Assembly (NCBI GenBank): GCA_964057225.1
Contig: OZ059896.1
Coordinates: 13,206,001-13,270,000, forward strand
Source of the DNA: Auanema rhodensis
Lineage: Eukaryota; Animalia; Nematoda
Direction of reading: 5' to 3'
DNA: 64,000 bases
The stretch's first letter is position 1, and each line of letters begins with the position of its first letter. The notes under the pieces were generated by a model that saw only the letters and a list, made by a program, of their open reading frames with translations, searched no databases and was not told the DNA's origin. The position numbers were made by a program, and so were the translations under genes. This document shows positions 27,039-41,082 of the stretch, piece by piece.

Positions 27039-30000
27039 TTATATGCCCAGTATTTCAAATAAAGATTTAATTGTCCATCTATCTTCATCACAATTGGTTC
27101 CTAATTTGTATATTTCTGCTTCTATAGATCCTTTTACGATAAAGTTGTGAATGGTCACATCTTGGCGTTGTCCTAATCGATGAACTCTAGCAACAGCCTA
27201 TACTTTGATATAGTAATTATTAAACAAAATCGAATTACCTGAGCAGCAACTGATGCATTTGTCGGTGGTTCTAAGAATAAAACATGATTAGCGTCAGTTA
27301 AATTGAGGCCATGAGATCCTAGACTGAGCGGCATGATTAAAACCTTGAAAAACATATGATCTATGCTTTGCTTATTATTAAATTATTTATTCACTTGGAA
27401 TTCATCGGCTTTAAATCTATCCAACACTTCACCAATGTTATGAGGGAAAGCACGGCAATGAGCTATGCTTGCCAAAGATAGTACTTTTGACAGTGGTTCC
27501 ATTGCTCCAATAAGAGAAGAAAAAAGAAGAATCTGAATTGGAATTCTTCACAATAATCGTAAACATATATCACCTTGTTCGGCCCTTCATTTAAAATTTC
27601 TTTGATTTCACGAATTACTGCATTGAACTGAAACGAATTCATATGAAAGTACCGATTTATTTCATACTTTTATATTTAAATAATAGCCCGGAATGCAAGA
27701 CTGAGAATCTTCTGATTGAGGCCTTCTTTCTACTAAAGCTACAGTTTCTTCACTCACTACTTCCCTACAGTTGACGCATCGAATCTTGTGACCATTTGAA
27801 AATGTTCTTAAGAAAGGAATAACTAAAAACATAAGAGTTTTCTTACTTTTTTAATTGTTCATAACAGCTACAGCAAATCAAATGCGCACAAGGAAACACC
27901 CTCCACTCAGCTTTAAGCTCTGAATAACAAACAGGGCATTCAATATCTTCAGGACTAAAAAAGTAGAGATGAAGTTAGCTTTGCTATTAAATGAAATCTC
28001 ACAGATCTGTTCTTAAAGTTCTTAGGTACGACAGTTTCGTATAACATGCGTTCCTCTCGAGGTCACGGGTTGCGACTAGAGTTTCGAAAGCTTCAAACAA
28101 CATCTTAAGAAACGATTTTCAAATTACATAACATTGAAGAAAAACCTGCATATTTTGATCGCAGTTGGTCTTTAACTCAAAGCTCAAGCCTGAATTTAAA
28201 TCTAGAGGCATTTTGACAATATTTCCTGGCATCAAGCGATAACATGCTTGCTCAATTTCATTACTGAAAAGCAGTAGGCGTTTAGTGAGAACTAAAAAAA
28301 AATTGAACTGTCTATATGAGAATTCCTGAGCAACAACGTCTAGTTTTTTAGCTAATTGCAGGGTGTCTCGACAAGCTTCAAACCACTGTTCTAGATTTTC
28401 ATAACTATACTTCAATGGCTCTTTCTCAATATCTGTTAAGCATGCCCAAACATTGGTGACAACCCTGTAGAGAAAGGAGTTGAGAACGTTCATATCTCTA
28501 AAATATCAGCATTTGAACCAAAAATTTGGTATAGTACCATACCTCTCAGTATTCGAGAACCCAAATTTTTTACAAACATCTCTAATACTATAATACATGG
28601 AACAGAGAGAACAAAATTTGAGGGGAGAAGAATCTTCTACGGTATCTACAGAACATTGATCCGAATCAGAGGTACCACCAAGGTGGGCAGAACCAGTGGT
28701 ATTTGAAGTATCTTCCCTAACATAATAAATTTTCAAACTTTTCCAAGTTGGAAAAACATACTTTTTCCTCTTATGTGAGCAGTCAAACTTTATAAAAAAT
28801 GGTTTACCTTGACTTATACTATCTGAAGATGTCTGAAAAAAAACATGTTGAGAAAAAAAATTTTTTTACCTGAAGCAAATCGAAAACAATTCCTATATGG
28901 GTTCGAAGTTTATTCACACTCTCGTTAATACCAATCAAAAGATCGCGAAAACGAATATACAGAATAATAGGATATTGAGGATATACGCAGAAACAACTAA
29001 AAAGTCAACTAAAACGACACAAGATATTTTAAAACAGTAACAAACTCATTTTCTTGCGCTCTATTCATTATAGCTAGCATTGAATCGTATGAGCTCTCAG
29101 CTACTCCAATCAAAAGCCATATCAGCATATAATCCAACTTAAAAACTAAGGAATAAAGAAAAAAAAACATACAGAGTGATCAAAAACATTCCACGCATTC
29201 TGTACATTGCCCCAGTTTGACAACAACAATGAGAATTCTGCTAATTCTTTTCGTTGATAACTTTAAAAAAAAAACTAATTATTTATACATTTGATCTCAC
29301 CTGTTATATAAATCTTTCAATTCAGATTCCAACAAATCCTTGTTAGAATTTAATTCATCATAAGCGTTTGACTGTGGAAGAGAGAGCCATTCCAGATAGT
29401 TACTGAAAATTCAAAAGTATTATTTTTTTTTAATTTAAGCATACAATGCTATATGTATTCGTTGAGTAGTATCTACTGCGAAAGCTTTCTGGGAAAATTT
29501 GAATTGTTCTTTTAGATTATCCATTTCCTTTACTACATTTCTAGCTCTTCGATATATTTGGCCCGCTTCATCTACATTCCAAATAAAGCATAGAGCAGCA
29601 AGACCTAGGTTTTTCGTTTTAAAGATTATAGACCTTCAGAATCACCATTAAGTTCGGACACTAATTGTCGAGTTTTTTCTTCATATATTTGTTTATTGGC
29701 TTCAAAGAGGCGACAGAAAAGAGCTTCTGGAGTGAATGGTAACGCATAGTTATTCTCATATCTGTGATTAAAATCACCTAAAGACGATTAGTAAATAAAC
29801 CTTCCAATTTATATATATATATATATATATATGTCAAAAAAACCTGTTACAATAGAGAGTCGAAGAGAGTGTAGATAATTTAAAATGCTCCGACATTCTA
29901 CAGATTTTAAATGTTTTAACTGAGTACTTCGATCCATTGCAGCAAAGTTGCGTAAACTTCCTTTAAAAAATATATATATAGCAGTGAAGGTAACAATTAT

Positions 30001-32851
30001 TAAGAGTTTACTTATTTTTGCTCTAGCTTCTCTCAGTTTCAGACTATATAGTCGTTCTTCAAGAGGAGAAAATGTTATATTATGAAGCTTATAAGATATG
30101 GAATGTAGTTCTAGCTTTAATAAAAAAATTAAAGCAAAAAAAGAGAAAATGAGAAAAACCTGAGAAGCGACTTTTCGTTTTGAATTCCGCCAGAAAATTT
30201 GAGATATTAATTGCAACATAGGCTTTGTGTTTCCATTTGTCCATGGCCGCCAAATCGCAAAATTCCAATAATTGGAAAACGAGAAGGGTTGAAAGTTAAG
30301 AAAAGAAATAAGCCCGAAGATATCTGCATTATAATATTGACAGAATTTTGGTAATAAGATTGACAAACCATTAATTGAGTGCATTAAAGGTGTTCCAGTT
30401 ATACACCAGCGAGAATGTGATAATAACTTTGAGCACATATATGCATGTTTGGAAGTCCTGCTTTCAACTACTTGCGATTCATCAAGGCATATCTACAACA
30501 TTTATTTATTGAAATATTATGTGTTTCAAATTATTTTAGCTTACTCTCCACCATTTTACTGTGAGCAATGGAGACATTGTTCGTTTTCCCATAAAATAAC
30601 TACGTTTTCTTAGATATCCTAGTCAAATGTTGTAAGAAAAAAAAAATAAATATAGAATACATACTTTCCGCAGCTTCATCTACAAATTGGAGTTCTTTCC
30701 CTAATGTTTCGTATGAGCATATAACGATATCTATTTTACTCAAATATACTGAGTGCTTATAACATTCATTCGCTACCCCAGAATATACCTGAACATATAG
30801 CTGATTACAAGAATTGAAGGAGCCAGGATTACATCTACAACAACTTCTTTCCTGATATGCCGATAAATTTCTTCATACCACTGTTGAAGAAGTACTTGCG
30901 GAACAACTATAAGCGTAGCTTTTATGCTCATTGGCTCTTTGGTTAGCATACAAGACGGACAAAAAAACTTAAATCCTTCTAAAGCGTATTCGTCATTCCA
31001 GTGCATCTATAGTTAACATTATGATCTTAAATAGAATATTTTTGTAGATCATACTTTTTCTTTGAGAAAGATTAATTCACATTGTTCACATCGAACGGAT
31101 GAATCCTCTAAAACTTCATTAGATTTCTTAGCAACAGTTATAACATTTCCATGTGAGCTTTGATTTTTACGATGGCGCTATAATGTAATAATTTTGTTGA
31201 ATTTCCAGGATTATCTTTCACCTTGGTTACTTGTAATCCTGTTTTCCCTTCAACAGTCGATACCACAGTAGAAACAATATAGTTTACAATCTCGGCCACG
31301 GGGCAAATTATGCTGAACATAATTTTAAAATTAAGTGAAAAAGCCTTATAAGTACTTTGGTGTTTCTGCCTTATTCAATTCAATTATGTTTTTATTATAC
31401 GAAGCGGTTTGAATCAAAGCTAGTAATTCGACAGTTTTTCCTAAACCCATTTCATCGGCAAGAATTCCTCCTGCATCGATAACATTCATAATTTCAGTAA
31501 AATAATATTAAACCTCTTAAAGTAATCTCATATGTGGTGTTTTTGCAATTAATGAAACAACCAAAACTTGGGTAATAGTATAAATCAGGTTTTAAAGCGT
31601 AATTTCTGAAATAATATAAATTTATACCATTATCAAATTTTCAAACAATAAAAATTCTAAGTTTGGAAGACTGGGATTTAGTTCTCTGTGAATCATGAAG
31701 CGAACAGCGTCCTTTTGATAAGGTAGTAAGGAGGAAGTTATGCCATCGGTACTAGAATACAGAGCGAAAACTTCATGAATACTTTAGCAAACTAACTTTA
31801 TCTCATATTCAGGATAACCATTTCTGATGAGTTCAAGAGACTCAAAGAAATCTTGAAAAGTATTTATGGTACTACTGAGCTTGTGCACGTTAATCTCATC
31901 AATAATTGGAATATCCTAATAGCACTGATATTAGGGAAAATTGGCTAACGGCTAACCAGTTCTGCTTGAAAAATACTAACAAGTTTCGATATATTCCAAA
32001 TATCAGAAGAATACTGATCAGAAGTTTGTGAGTGATAATAAGCTGACTAAATGAAAAAATCAAATACTGTTCCATACTTGTTTCTAACCAATCGTACAAG
32101 TGGACATTGATGTAAACAATTATAAATATGAGATTCCTTCAAACTCAAGTATATATATACTTTGCAATCCTGAACTCGCCAATAATATTTGAATCCGCAC
32201 CGTTTCAATACGCTAAATTAAATGTGAATTTGAATGCATTCCTGAAAGAACCTTGGATCAACACTCATTATTCGAGTAAATACGTCTTCATATGTTAGAG
32301 TTCCACAAAGCTCCACAAAATCGTACATTCGCCATCCCTTCCATGGAGACGTTTTCGCACTAGATATGTATATCTGAAGGTGAAAACGAGTTCATTCAAA
32401 ATCATAGTTATCGTAATGAATCTTGTTTATAACCTCTGTTCTTAAAACAAGTTAGCGTATCATATGGTCTCTGTGACTTCTTGTCGTTTCATTTAGTTAT
32501 CACAAACATTTTTCAAAATATAATAGTTCTCTTACATATGATTGATTCATGGCAAATATTGAAACTGCTCTACCAAAAACTCACTGGATGCTTTCTGTCA
32601 GTTGTATTTTGAAGAGGATATACGAGCTTAAATGACGAGTTTCCTTCCCATATGTTGCCTTCTCCATATCCAATAAATACACTGCCTATCACAATACCAT
32701 GGGAAATACATGAATTATGAGCTATATCCAAAACATTTTTTTTTGGAAAGTGATCCTGGAAGTTACTAATTTAGCCAATATACTGAAATTGTACAACCTT
32801 CTGTGATTCAGTCAAAAGTGAATTGTTTAGAGGTAAAACATCGTCTTCCAT
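27039..32851 (-). CDS. SHPRH: SHPRH-like SNF2 helicase/RING E3 ligase with PHD finger
   Basis: LLPYQKDAVRFM, GGILADEMGLGKT, PHD ending FFCPSC, WWRICLDESQ, RWCITGTP, RING CPVC..PCAHLICC.C, GLNLTDANHV..QAVARVHRLGQ; stop after WTIKSLFEILGI. Confidence 0.92.
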
Positions 32852-33152
32852 TATAAGTATTCTACAAAAGTTTTATTTACCGAAATCGTATTCCAAAAAA
32901 GAATATTTTCAATTGTTCTACCTCTTCAATACCAGCTTATTTATAACATGTTCTCAACAACAGTGCGCCCTTTGCAGCTCCTCCCATTTTACTGTGCAGA
33001 AATTAACACTTACCTCGAGTCCTTTTGTAGAATTACTAGTTTCAATTCTTATTTTGATATATCTAGTAATATTCTGTAATTGACGCTTTTATCTATTAGG
33101 TTTCTTTTGTAAAGTTAATGTTTTCTTGCTTTTTTAAGAATTAATTAATGGA

Positions 33153-35344
33153 ATGGACTTCGAATCAATATTAAATGCTGCGTGCAAAAACAATAAAAAA
33201 AATTCTAAAACTCTTAATGAATTAGATTCCGAAGTTAGTAAAGAGAAAACACAGAAGTTAAAAGCTATTGAAGCTGAAAAAAAGTCGAAATTAGAAGAAG
33301 CAAGGAAAAGGCGACTCGCTCGACCTGTAATACCTGAGAAAAAGGTTTTGTTTTTGGATTATAGTTTAGATTAAACGTGGTTTTTGATTCTTTCAGTTTG
33401 TGATACCCAAAAAAAAAGTAGAAAATGGTGTTGACCAGAATAAGTTGAAAGCATTTCTAGCCAAAAAGGAAGAAGAGAAACAAGTAGATGAGAAAAAAAA
33501 ACAAGCTGAAAAGGAAAGGCTAATTCAACTGCGGCTTCAATCACATGGAGGAAAGGTTTGTTTATGATATACTATTTCTATAATATTGATTTGAAGGCGA
33601 ATAAAAAATTAGGAAAACAGTTTGGTATGGATCCGATAGATCTTCAAATTCGCTATGGAAATGATCACAGTTTGGTCGAACAATTGCAAAAGCAAAAATG
33701 GCGAGAAGAAGTAAATTCTATTCTACTTTTCTTTCTATGCAATGTTAATTGTAACAGGATGAACAAGATAAACTAAGTTCCCATTATCGGGATGGAGTTT
33801 ACAAAGCTATTGCTCAAAAACGTAAAGTTCAAGAAAAGGTATATATCTTCGTTTCTCTTTTACGACTAAGTTCGCATATAGATGAAAACTTCTACTCATC
33901 AAGGCAATCGACAACCTCACCGTGTTTCTACTAGTAAAGCAAATAGTTTGGCTGGATTGTCTAGCCGACATGCTGCTTCGTATGTTCTACTTTTTATTTT
34001 ATTTTCAATGTTAACTTTAGAAGGGATCATTTTTCTCCTCCACCTGAGCAGAAGAAAGCTATAAGTAAACCTAGCGTGCAATCTGCTATTCCCAAAAAGC
34101 GCCCCGCTCCACCTGTTGATTTTCAGTATGTTACTTAATAGGTATTTTAAAATGATCGTCTTTGATTTTTAGAACATTAATGAAAACAGCGGAGCAAATA
34201 AGTAAAGGTCATGATATTAGTGTCGATCGATTTAATATGGCTTCGAATTCTCAGTAAGAGATTATTTTCATTATTTTAAAACTTTTTCTTAGAAAATTGA
34301 AGCAAGGATCATCATCCGATATTAGACCGTCGTCTAGCTATAATTCTGAGTCAAATTATCAAAAAGAAAAATTATCAGGCTCTAGAAGGTATTTTGTACT
34401 TTAATTTAATTTGTTATGCTCGAAATAGATTTTCAAATGAAAAAGCATCGGACTCGAGGGGCAAATCTACTTCCCATGTAAAAGAAATCAGTAAACGCAA
34501 GGAGTGCGATTGAAATATTTTTGATATTAGGAATAATTCTTATTTCAGAGACGAGATTGTTTCTAAAAAACAAAATAACGTTCCAGCTGTAAGTTCTAAA
34601 CCTGGACAGAGGTAACATACAATTAAGCAGTTTATTTTATTATTCCTATTAGATATTTACCTGGGGATATTCGATATAATCCTCAGGGCGATGTAAGCTC
34701 GGTAATTCGAAAACAGGAACCCTCTGCTAGTTCATCAAGGATGAAACAAGACATGTAAGCTAAATTTCATAATATTATGACAAGGATCACGTTTTACAGT
34801 CGATCAGAAAAAACTAAGATGAAAAATGAATCGCATAAGGATTGTTCTAATATTCGTCGCTCTTCACATCCAAGTAGACAATCAGACACAAAATCTATTC
34901 AGAAAAAACGGCATTACGACATGCCAAGATCTCTGTATAATATGATTTATGTAGAAGCAGTCACATACCATCGTTTCAGACTTGAGAGGGAAAGAGCTAG
35001 AGAGCGTTCAAGATATGATACTGAAGAATATTATGATGATAATGAAGAATATGACAGCGAAATGGATGATTTCATTGATGATACTGAATTAGATGAAATG
35101 AATAGAGAAGAATTTGAAGATACCTTAAAGTTTGTCTAAAAGTTAGTCATATATTTAAATTGTTTTTAGAATGGTGAATCCTAAGTATAATAAAAATAAG
35201 TGGAAAGAAAGAGAACGTATGATAGACGTTAGATATATGGATGCCGATTATCGAACTGTTTCAAAAGAAGAAGCCAGAAGTTCTAAAATAGGAATTATGG
35301 AAGATTACTTGGAAGCAAAAAAAGGAAAAAGTCATGCAATCTAA
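33153..35344 (+). CDS. spt-2: SPT2 histone chaperone
   Basis: MDFESILNAA N-terminus, EKERLIQLR, PPVDFQTLM, EYDSEMDDFIDD, MDADYRTVSKEEARSSKIGIMED. Confidence 0.9.
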
Positions 35345-35681
35345 TTAATTAAATTTTTTTTTCGCTGAGTTGTTCAATTTGTTTTCATATTGTATTTTAT
35401 ATTATAATTAATGTTACATAGTGATATTCCAGTTTTTTCTCTAAAATTGTGATGTTCTTTTGTACTTCCGAGGTTAATCATACCACGGTAGGTATAGGTC
35501 ATATTGGTTGGGTTAACTATATATTATTTAAATTTCATGAACTATAAAATATGTTTCAACATTTGGAAACTAGGTGTTTTCTCTTCACTTTTTATCGAAC
35601 AAATTCGTTTAATTGCTTGAAAAAATCAACATTTTTCCGGATGATTCTGTACTACAAGTTACGGCCGTGATTGCTCCTGAA

Positions 35682-38478
35682 ATGAAGCTCTTTGGTTTAA
35701 GAATGAACTCTATGAAATATATTCGCGGGTATTTCCATGGTACAGAATTAGGTATGCTTCTTCAATTTATTCTTCGTCCTCTGAAACATAACATATTTTT
35801 TGAAATGGTCAAATATTTGGACTCTTTGCACTCTTACTTTTTTATTCAGTGCAACTGCTCTATTCTTTTTTTTAACCTTAAAGCAGCTGTCATAAATCGA
35901 ATTTGCAAGACTGAAACTCTGCAGCTCTGTCACAGAAAGTCTGGCAATGCTAATAAAACTTTAATCAAACGTTATTTAATAAGAATGTTATGAAATTGAT
36001 TCTATTTTTAACACCTTATCCGAACTATTGGTGTTTCAAAACGTTCTATTCCTTTAGAAATATTGATTTATTTTTTTTTCATATTTTAAAAATTTCTTTA
36101 GCTTTATCTTCTGTCATCTAAAACTCCGCCTCTCCTTACATCAATTTTAGTAGGGTGCACCAGAACCGAATCTTTTTTTGAATTATTTTAAAATTAGAAG
36201 TTTTCAATGCATTCTGCATATTGCTATTAAATATTTTGGAACTTTTAAGGCCTGTTCTTCGCATTGTGAGCTTTCATTAACACCCTTCGGTTACCTACGT
36301 CAATAGCTCACCCGAACTCTCTTATTTGTCTTCATTGCATTGTTAGTTTTAGAAACCCTAGCGCGGTTGAAATCGTTGAGACTAATGAAACATCATGTGT
36401 ATTGCCATGGTTCCTTGCTGGATGCTGTACAAATGTCCGAATTATTTCCTGATTGTAAACACTTCGTTGATATGCCAATGAGGCGAGATGCTGGTAACAT
36501 CTCTCAGTTTCAGATGATGCTAAAGATGTTTTTTCTTAATGTTATATTTCAGATGAAATATTGAAAGCATGGGAAAACTTACAAAAACGAGGACCTCTTT
36601 CTGTAGAAGGTCTTCGAGCTTTCGTTTACGAACATTTCGATGAGCCAGAAGGAGAGTTAGAAGAGGAAAATCCTATAGACTGGGACATGCATGTATTCAA
36701 TTCATTTTTCATACGGTATTGAATAATGTTCTATTAGGTTAACAACTTTCAAGACATTTCTGATGAAAGCTACCGTATCTTTGCGTATGCTCTTCATCGC
36801 AAATGGCCTTCATTGAATAGAAAAGTACCGTTCCAAATTTTTTTTTAAATTTAAAATCATTTTTATAATCAGATATCGGACAAGGTAAGACTAGCTCCTG
36901 GTCGTTATTCTATCATTCCTGTTCCTAACTCCTTCATAGTACCTGGCGGACGATTTAGAGAGATGTATTATTGGGATAGCTTTTTTTCCATGAAAGGTAT
37001 GCTCGCATCCAAGATGTACAAAAGTGTAAGAGGGATGATCGAGAATATGCAATATTTGATAGATCAGTAAGTTATATAATGTAATATAACAACGTAACTC
37101 CACTATAATAATAGATTTGGTTTTGTTCCCAATGGGAATAGAATATATTACTTGAATAGAAGCCAGCCGCCTCTACTTACATGGTGTGTTCACGATTATT
37201 ATAAAGCTACCAATGATATAGATTTGGTTCAAAGTGTTTTACCCAGCTTGAGGAAAGAGGTTTAATTTATATTCATATTTATATTACAAGGTTTCTATTA
37301 AGCTGGCTTTTTTCCAAAGAAATCGCACTATTCAGTTAGATGATTGGATTGCGCCGTTGTTCCGGTACCATTTGAATGTGTCGCAACCTAGACCTGAGAG
37401 TTATAGAGAAGATGTAGATACTTCTAGTGATTTTGAAAACTGTATGTCATATGAATTGCCATCAATCAAATTTACGAGTTGTAGTTGCTGATAAGTGTCG
37501 CATTTGGGGTGATATAGCAGCTGCGGCTGAAAGTGGTAGGGACTTTTCTAGTAGGTGGTTTGAACAGTCCGGAAAAGAAACTTTGTCAATGAACACTATA
37601 CGGTATCTATGTTTTTTGAGCATAACATATATGGCGATATTTTCTAGAACAAGTCAAATTGTGCCTGTAGACTTGAATGCTATAATTTGTGGAAATATGG
37701 GAATGATGGTTGATTTGTATGATGCAGTTGGTGACATTGAAGCATCTAAAATGCTTGCTCATATGCAATACAAACTCAAAAGAACTATCCATCAGGTACA
37801 ATCGGTAGCATACACGTTTGTAAAAATTTTCGGTTTATAGGTGTTTTGGAACGAAGAACATGGAATGTGGTTCGATTACGATTTAGAAAGCAATTCACAC
37901 CTTGAGGCTTTTGCGGATTGCAACCTATTTCCTATGGTTGCTAGCGCAACTCATGATGACTTTGATAGTAACAGGGTTGTTGATTATCTACGAAAACATG
38001 GTCTTTTTGACTTTCCTGGCGGTATTCCTTCGTCTCTAATTCCATCAGGTTTTTCTTGTATGCGTACTGACATAATATATTATTTTTCAGGGCAACAGTG
38101 GGATTTTCCAAATGCTTGGGCTCCTATGGTATGGACTATTGTTGAAGGCCTTCGTCGTAAAGGAGAATTCAATATTGCTTTAGAAATTGCTCAAAAATGG
38201 GTGAAAAAGAATTATAACATGTGGAAAACTTCAGGTGGACGTATGTTTGAAAAGGTTTCTATCATTCTTCTATTTCTGAGCTGATCAAGCCTTTCCAGTA
38301 TAATGTTGTTTCACCATGTATTCAAGCTAGTGGTGGTGGAGGGGAGTATGAGATACAAGAAGGATTTGGTTGGTCAAATGGTGTTATTCTAGATTTCTTA
38401 ATGACGTACCAGAAAGAATTATCATATACATCTGATTCCTCAATTGTATGTTCTTGTTGCCCCAATACCAGATCATGA
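35682..38478 (+). CDS. tre-2: Trehalase (GH37), no evident signal peptide; first exon 35682-35751 is inferred
   Basis: VYCHGSLL, DCKHFVD, VPGGRFREMYYWDS, PNGNRIYYLNRSQPP, PRPESYRED, AAAESGRDFSSRW, QQWDFPNAWAP, GGGGEYEIQEGFGWSNG. Confidence 0.9.
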
Positions 38479-38786
38479 ATAACTATGTTTCTTTATGAAC
38501 TTAATTTGTTTTTACCTTTATTCAGGAAAAGGAACGTTTTAGAAAAATTCAAATTCAAATTCAATATTTCTGTTTTGACTATACTCTAAAGAAATTATAT
38601 ATATAGCATCAGTGTTAGAAAGAATAAAGAGAATTTTAATGTTTGAAAAGAAAGAAAAACGAAAACAAAAACAAAACACATATAATTGATTTTTAATGCA
38701 TTGATACACATTTTATTGTTTTATAATAAATTTGGATTTCATTTTTGATTTTAAAACATTGATGAAGAGCAGTATAAATCAAAAGT

Positions 38787-40529
38787 TTAAGCAGCAGGAC
38801 ATCCTGGACCCTTTTCCCCTTCTTTACATTTACAGTCAGCGTCCTTCATACGACGTTCAGTGATATCTCTTCCTTCAGCAGTTTTTCCAACAACACACAG
38901 ACAACCTTTACAAAATCTCATTATTCTAGATCCCGATAATCAGTTTACCTTTTGGTCTTGGAAAGCAGCCTTCTTTAAGCCCTTTGAATTTATTGTTTAG
39001 CTCTTCAACTACAGCGCGGTAGTTGGCTTGGGCACGCTCTCTGAATTCGTACAAGTACAATATATTAGTGAAATTGATTATTACCTAACGGGATCGCGAA
39101 CGTTTTGGCTGGGCATATTTTCAGGGCTTTGACTACGGGCGTTTTTGTCAAAACGAGATTGAGGTGTGATATTCTTCTCAGCACCTACCTTCACATCTCT
39201 CTTAGATCTCTATAAAGGATCTTAGTTTTAGAGTTATGAATTGGGGGTTTACGTTGGTACATTGAGCAACGTTGTTGTAAGTAGTTACGACTTCGTTTCC
39301 TTCAACATCCTTCTCATTGCACTTGCATCCACCACTTGGTTTTGGGAAGCAGTTTTCCTGAGATAATAAATGTTTTCGCATAGCTTTATATATATATATA
39401 TATATATTATAAACGTAAAGCGTTAGAAGCTTTGATTAATCATAATTACCTTAAAGTTTCCGAACTTTTCTTTTATCTCTTCGTTCAATTTTTTTTTGTT
39501 ATCAGCTGTTTCAGCTACAAATACTGTTTTTAACTATAATACAATCCAGATTTTCACCTTCTACGGATACTTTGCAATCTTTTTCTTCGGAAAATTCACG
39601 AACGGTTTCCCCATGTCCTTCATCTACATTACATTTACATCCTCCTGATGGTTTCGGGAAGCAATTTTCCTAAACACTCATCTAACATTATTTTTTTACC
39701 ATTTTGATAAGCAATGAGGCTGTAAAACAGTCTCGTATGTCATGTGTTTTAAAGCATAATTCATTTTTCTTTGTTCTGATAAAGAATTAAGAGCAATAAA
39801 TGTAATTATGTTCTCTAGCAAATATGTTACAAATATGTAAGGGATGCTGACCTTGAAGGATCCGTACTTGGCTTTGATTTCCGCATTCAAATTCTTTTTG
39901 TGTTCAGCAGTTTGAAGTTCAACAGATTTCTTACAGTCATCAATAGATGAATATTCACGAACAGACTCTACAAGTCCTTCTTTCACATTACAGCTACATC
40001 CTCCAGCTGAAATGAAACAGTTTGGACGAAGAGCTACAGCAGCAGCTGCTGCCTGAAATTAAAATACGTAAACCGGAATTTTGATGTCGATAATATTTTT
40101 TTTCAAAAGAGAAGTATTCTTTTCCAGTTGATCAATGAACAAAGAAATAAACGTTTTTCCTGTGTTAGTTTTCTTTGATAATAACGAAAGTCAACAGTTG
40201 GTATATAGCTCAATAGACATGAACACACGATAGCTTGAATCAATTAAACAAACTGGTTTTTGAAATTTGCCAGTATCGATATTATATATATATATACCTA
40301 TATATATATATATATTATAATAAAACTATGCTTCATAAAAATCTAATTAGTCTTTTTGAGTCATTTTAAATTCAATAAAATACAAGTTATACATTGCTTA
40401 GATAAATAGACAATTATGTTTTGTTATGTTAAGAAAATATTAATTTAATTTAAATACAGTTTAAATAGTTGTAAGACATACCTCTGAAGCAACTATTAGT
40501 GCAAATATACATACAAGATAGCGTATCAT
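38787..40529 (-). CDS. Secreted protein with four CFPxPxGGCxC repeats
   Basis: Signal peptide MIRYLVCIFALIVASEA; repeats NCFISAGGCSCN, ENCFPKPSGGCKCN (twice) and EGCFPRPKGCLC; RSKR site. Confidence 0.85.
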
Positions 40530-41082
40530 AGCCGATGGCACGATGTTGTTAAATGAAGAGATATCGAAGGATAGGCAAGAGAGATAGTTTGTTTAAAAAA
40601 TTAAAAGATTTTGCGTTACGCCCCTATTTTCTGCTCACCTAGGATCTCTTGAAAATAAATTATATTCAACAAAGTTGACACTGTTCTGAATACTGACTAT
40701 AGTGTCTATTAATCTTTTCATGCTTTACACTGATTTCCCTCGTAATGTGTTTTAAAATCAATATAAAAGATCTAGACAAAAGAAAAACAATTGTTACATC
40801 GTTAGGCGATGATTCACGGTGTTTTAATATTTGATGTATCATTGTTTTCAACATGGATTAAACTTTCAAATAATAAATTTTAGTTTTATTATACCCAATT
40901 TCATAGTTCAAAGACATAGATACATGTTTATTGAAGTCAGCAAATATAATAAACTATTATTGTTTAGAGTTACTCAAAGAAGAAACTATTGTCTTCGTTA
41001 TACTCCACAATGTTGATTTTTTCCCCGGCCCAATTAAAGTAAAACAACAAATAAAGGAAGTCTATTGCTCTCATCACTAGAG

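Noticed and set aside
35471-35518. Nested small hairpins downstream of spt-2
   Set aside because: Short AT-rich stems with no family features; indistinguishable from chance
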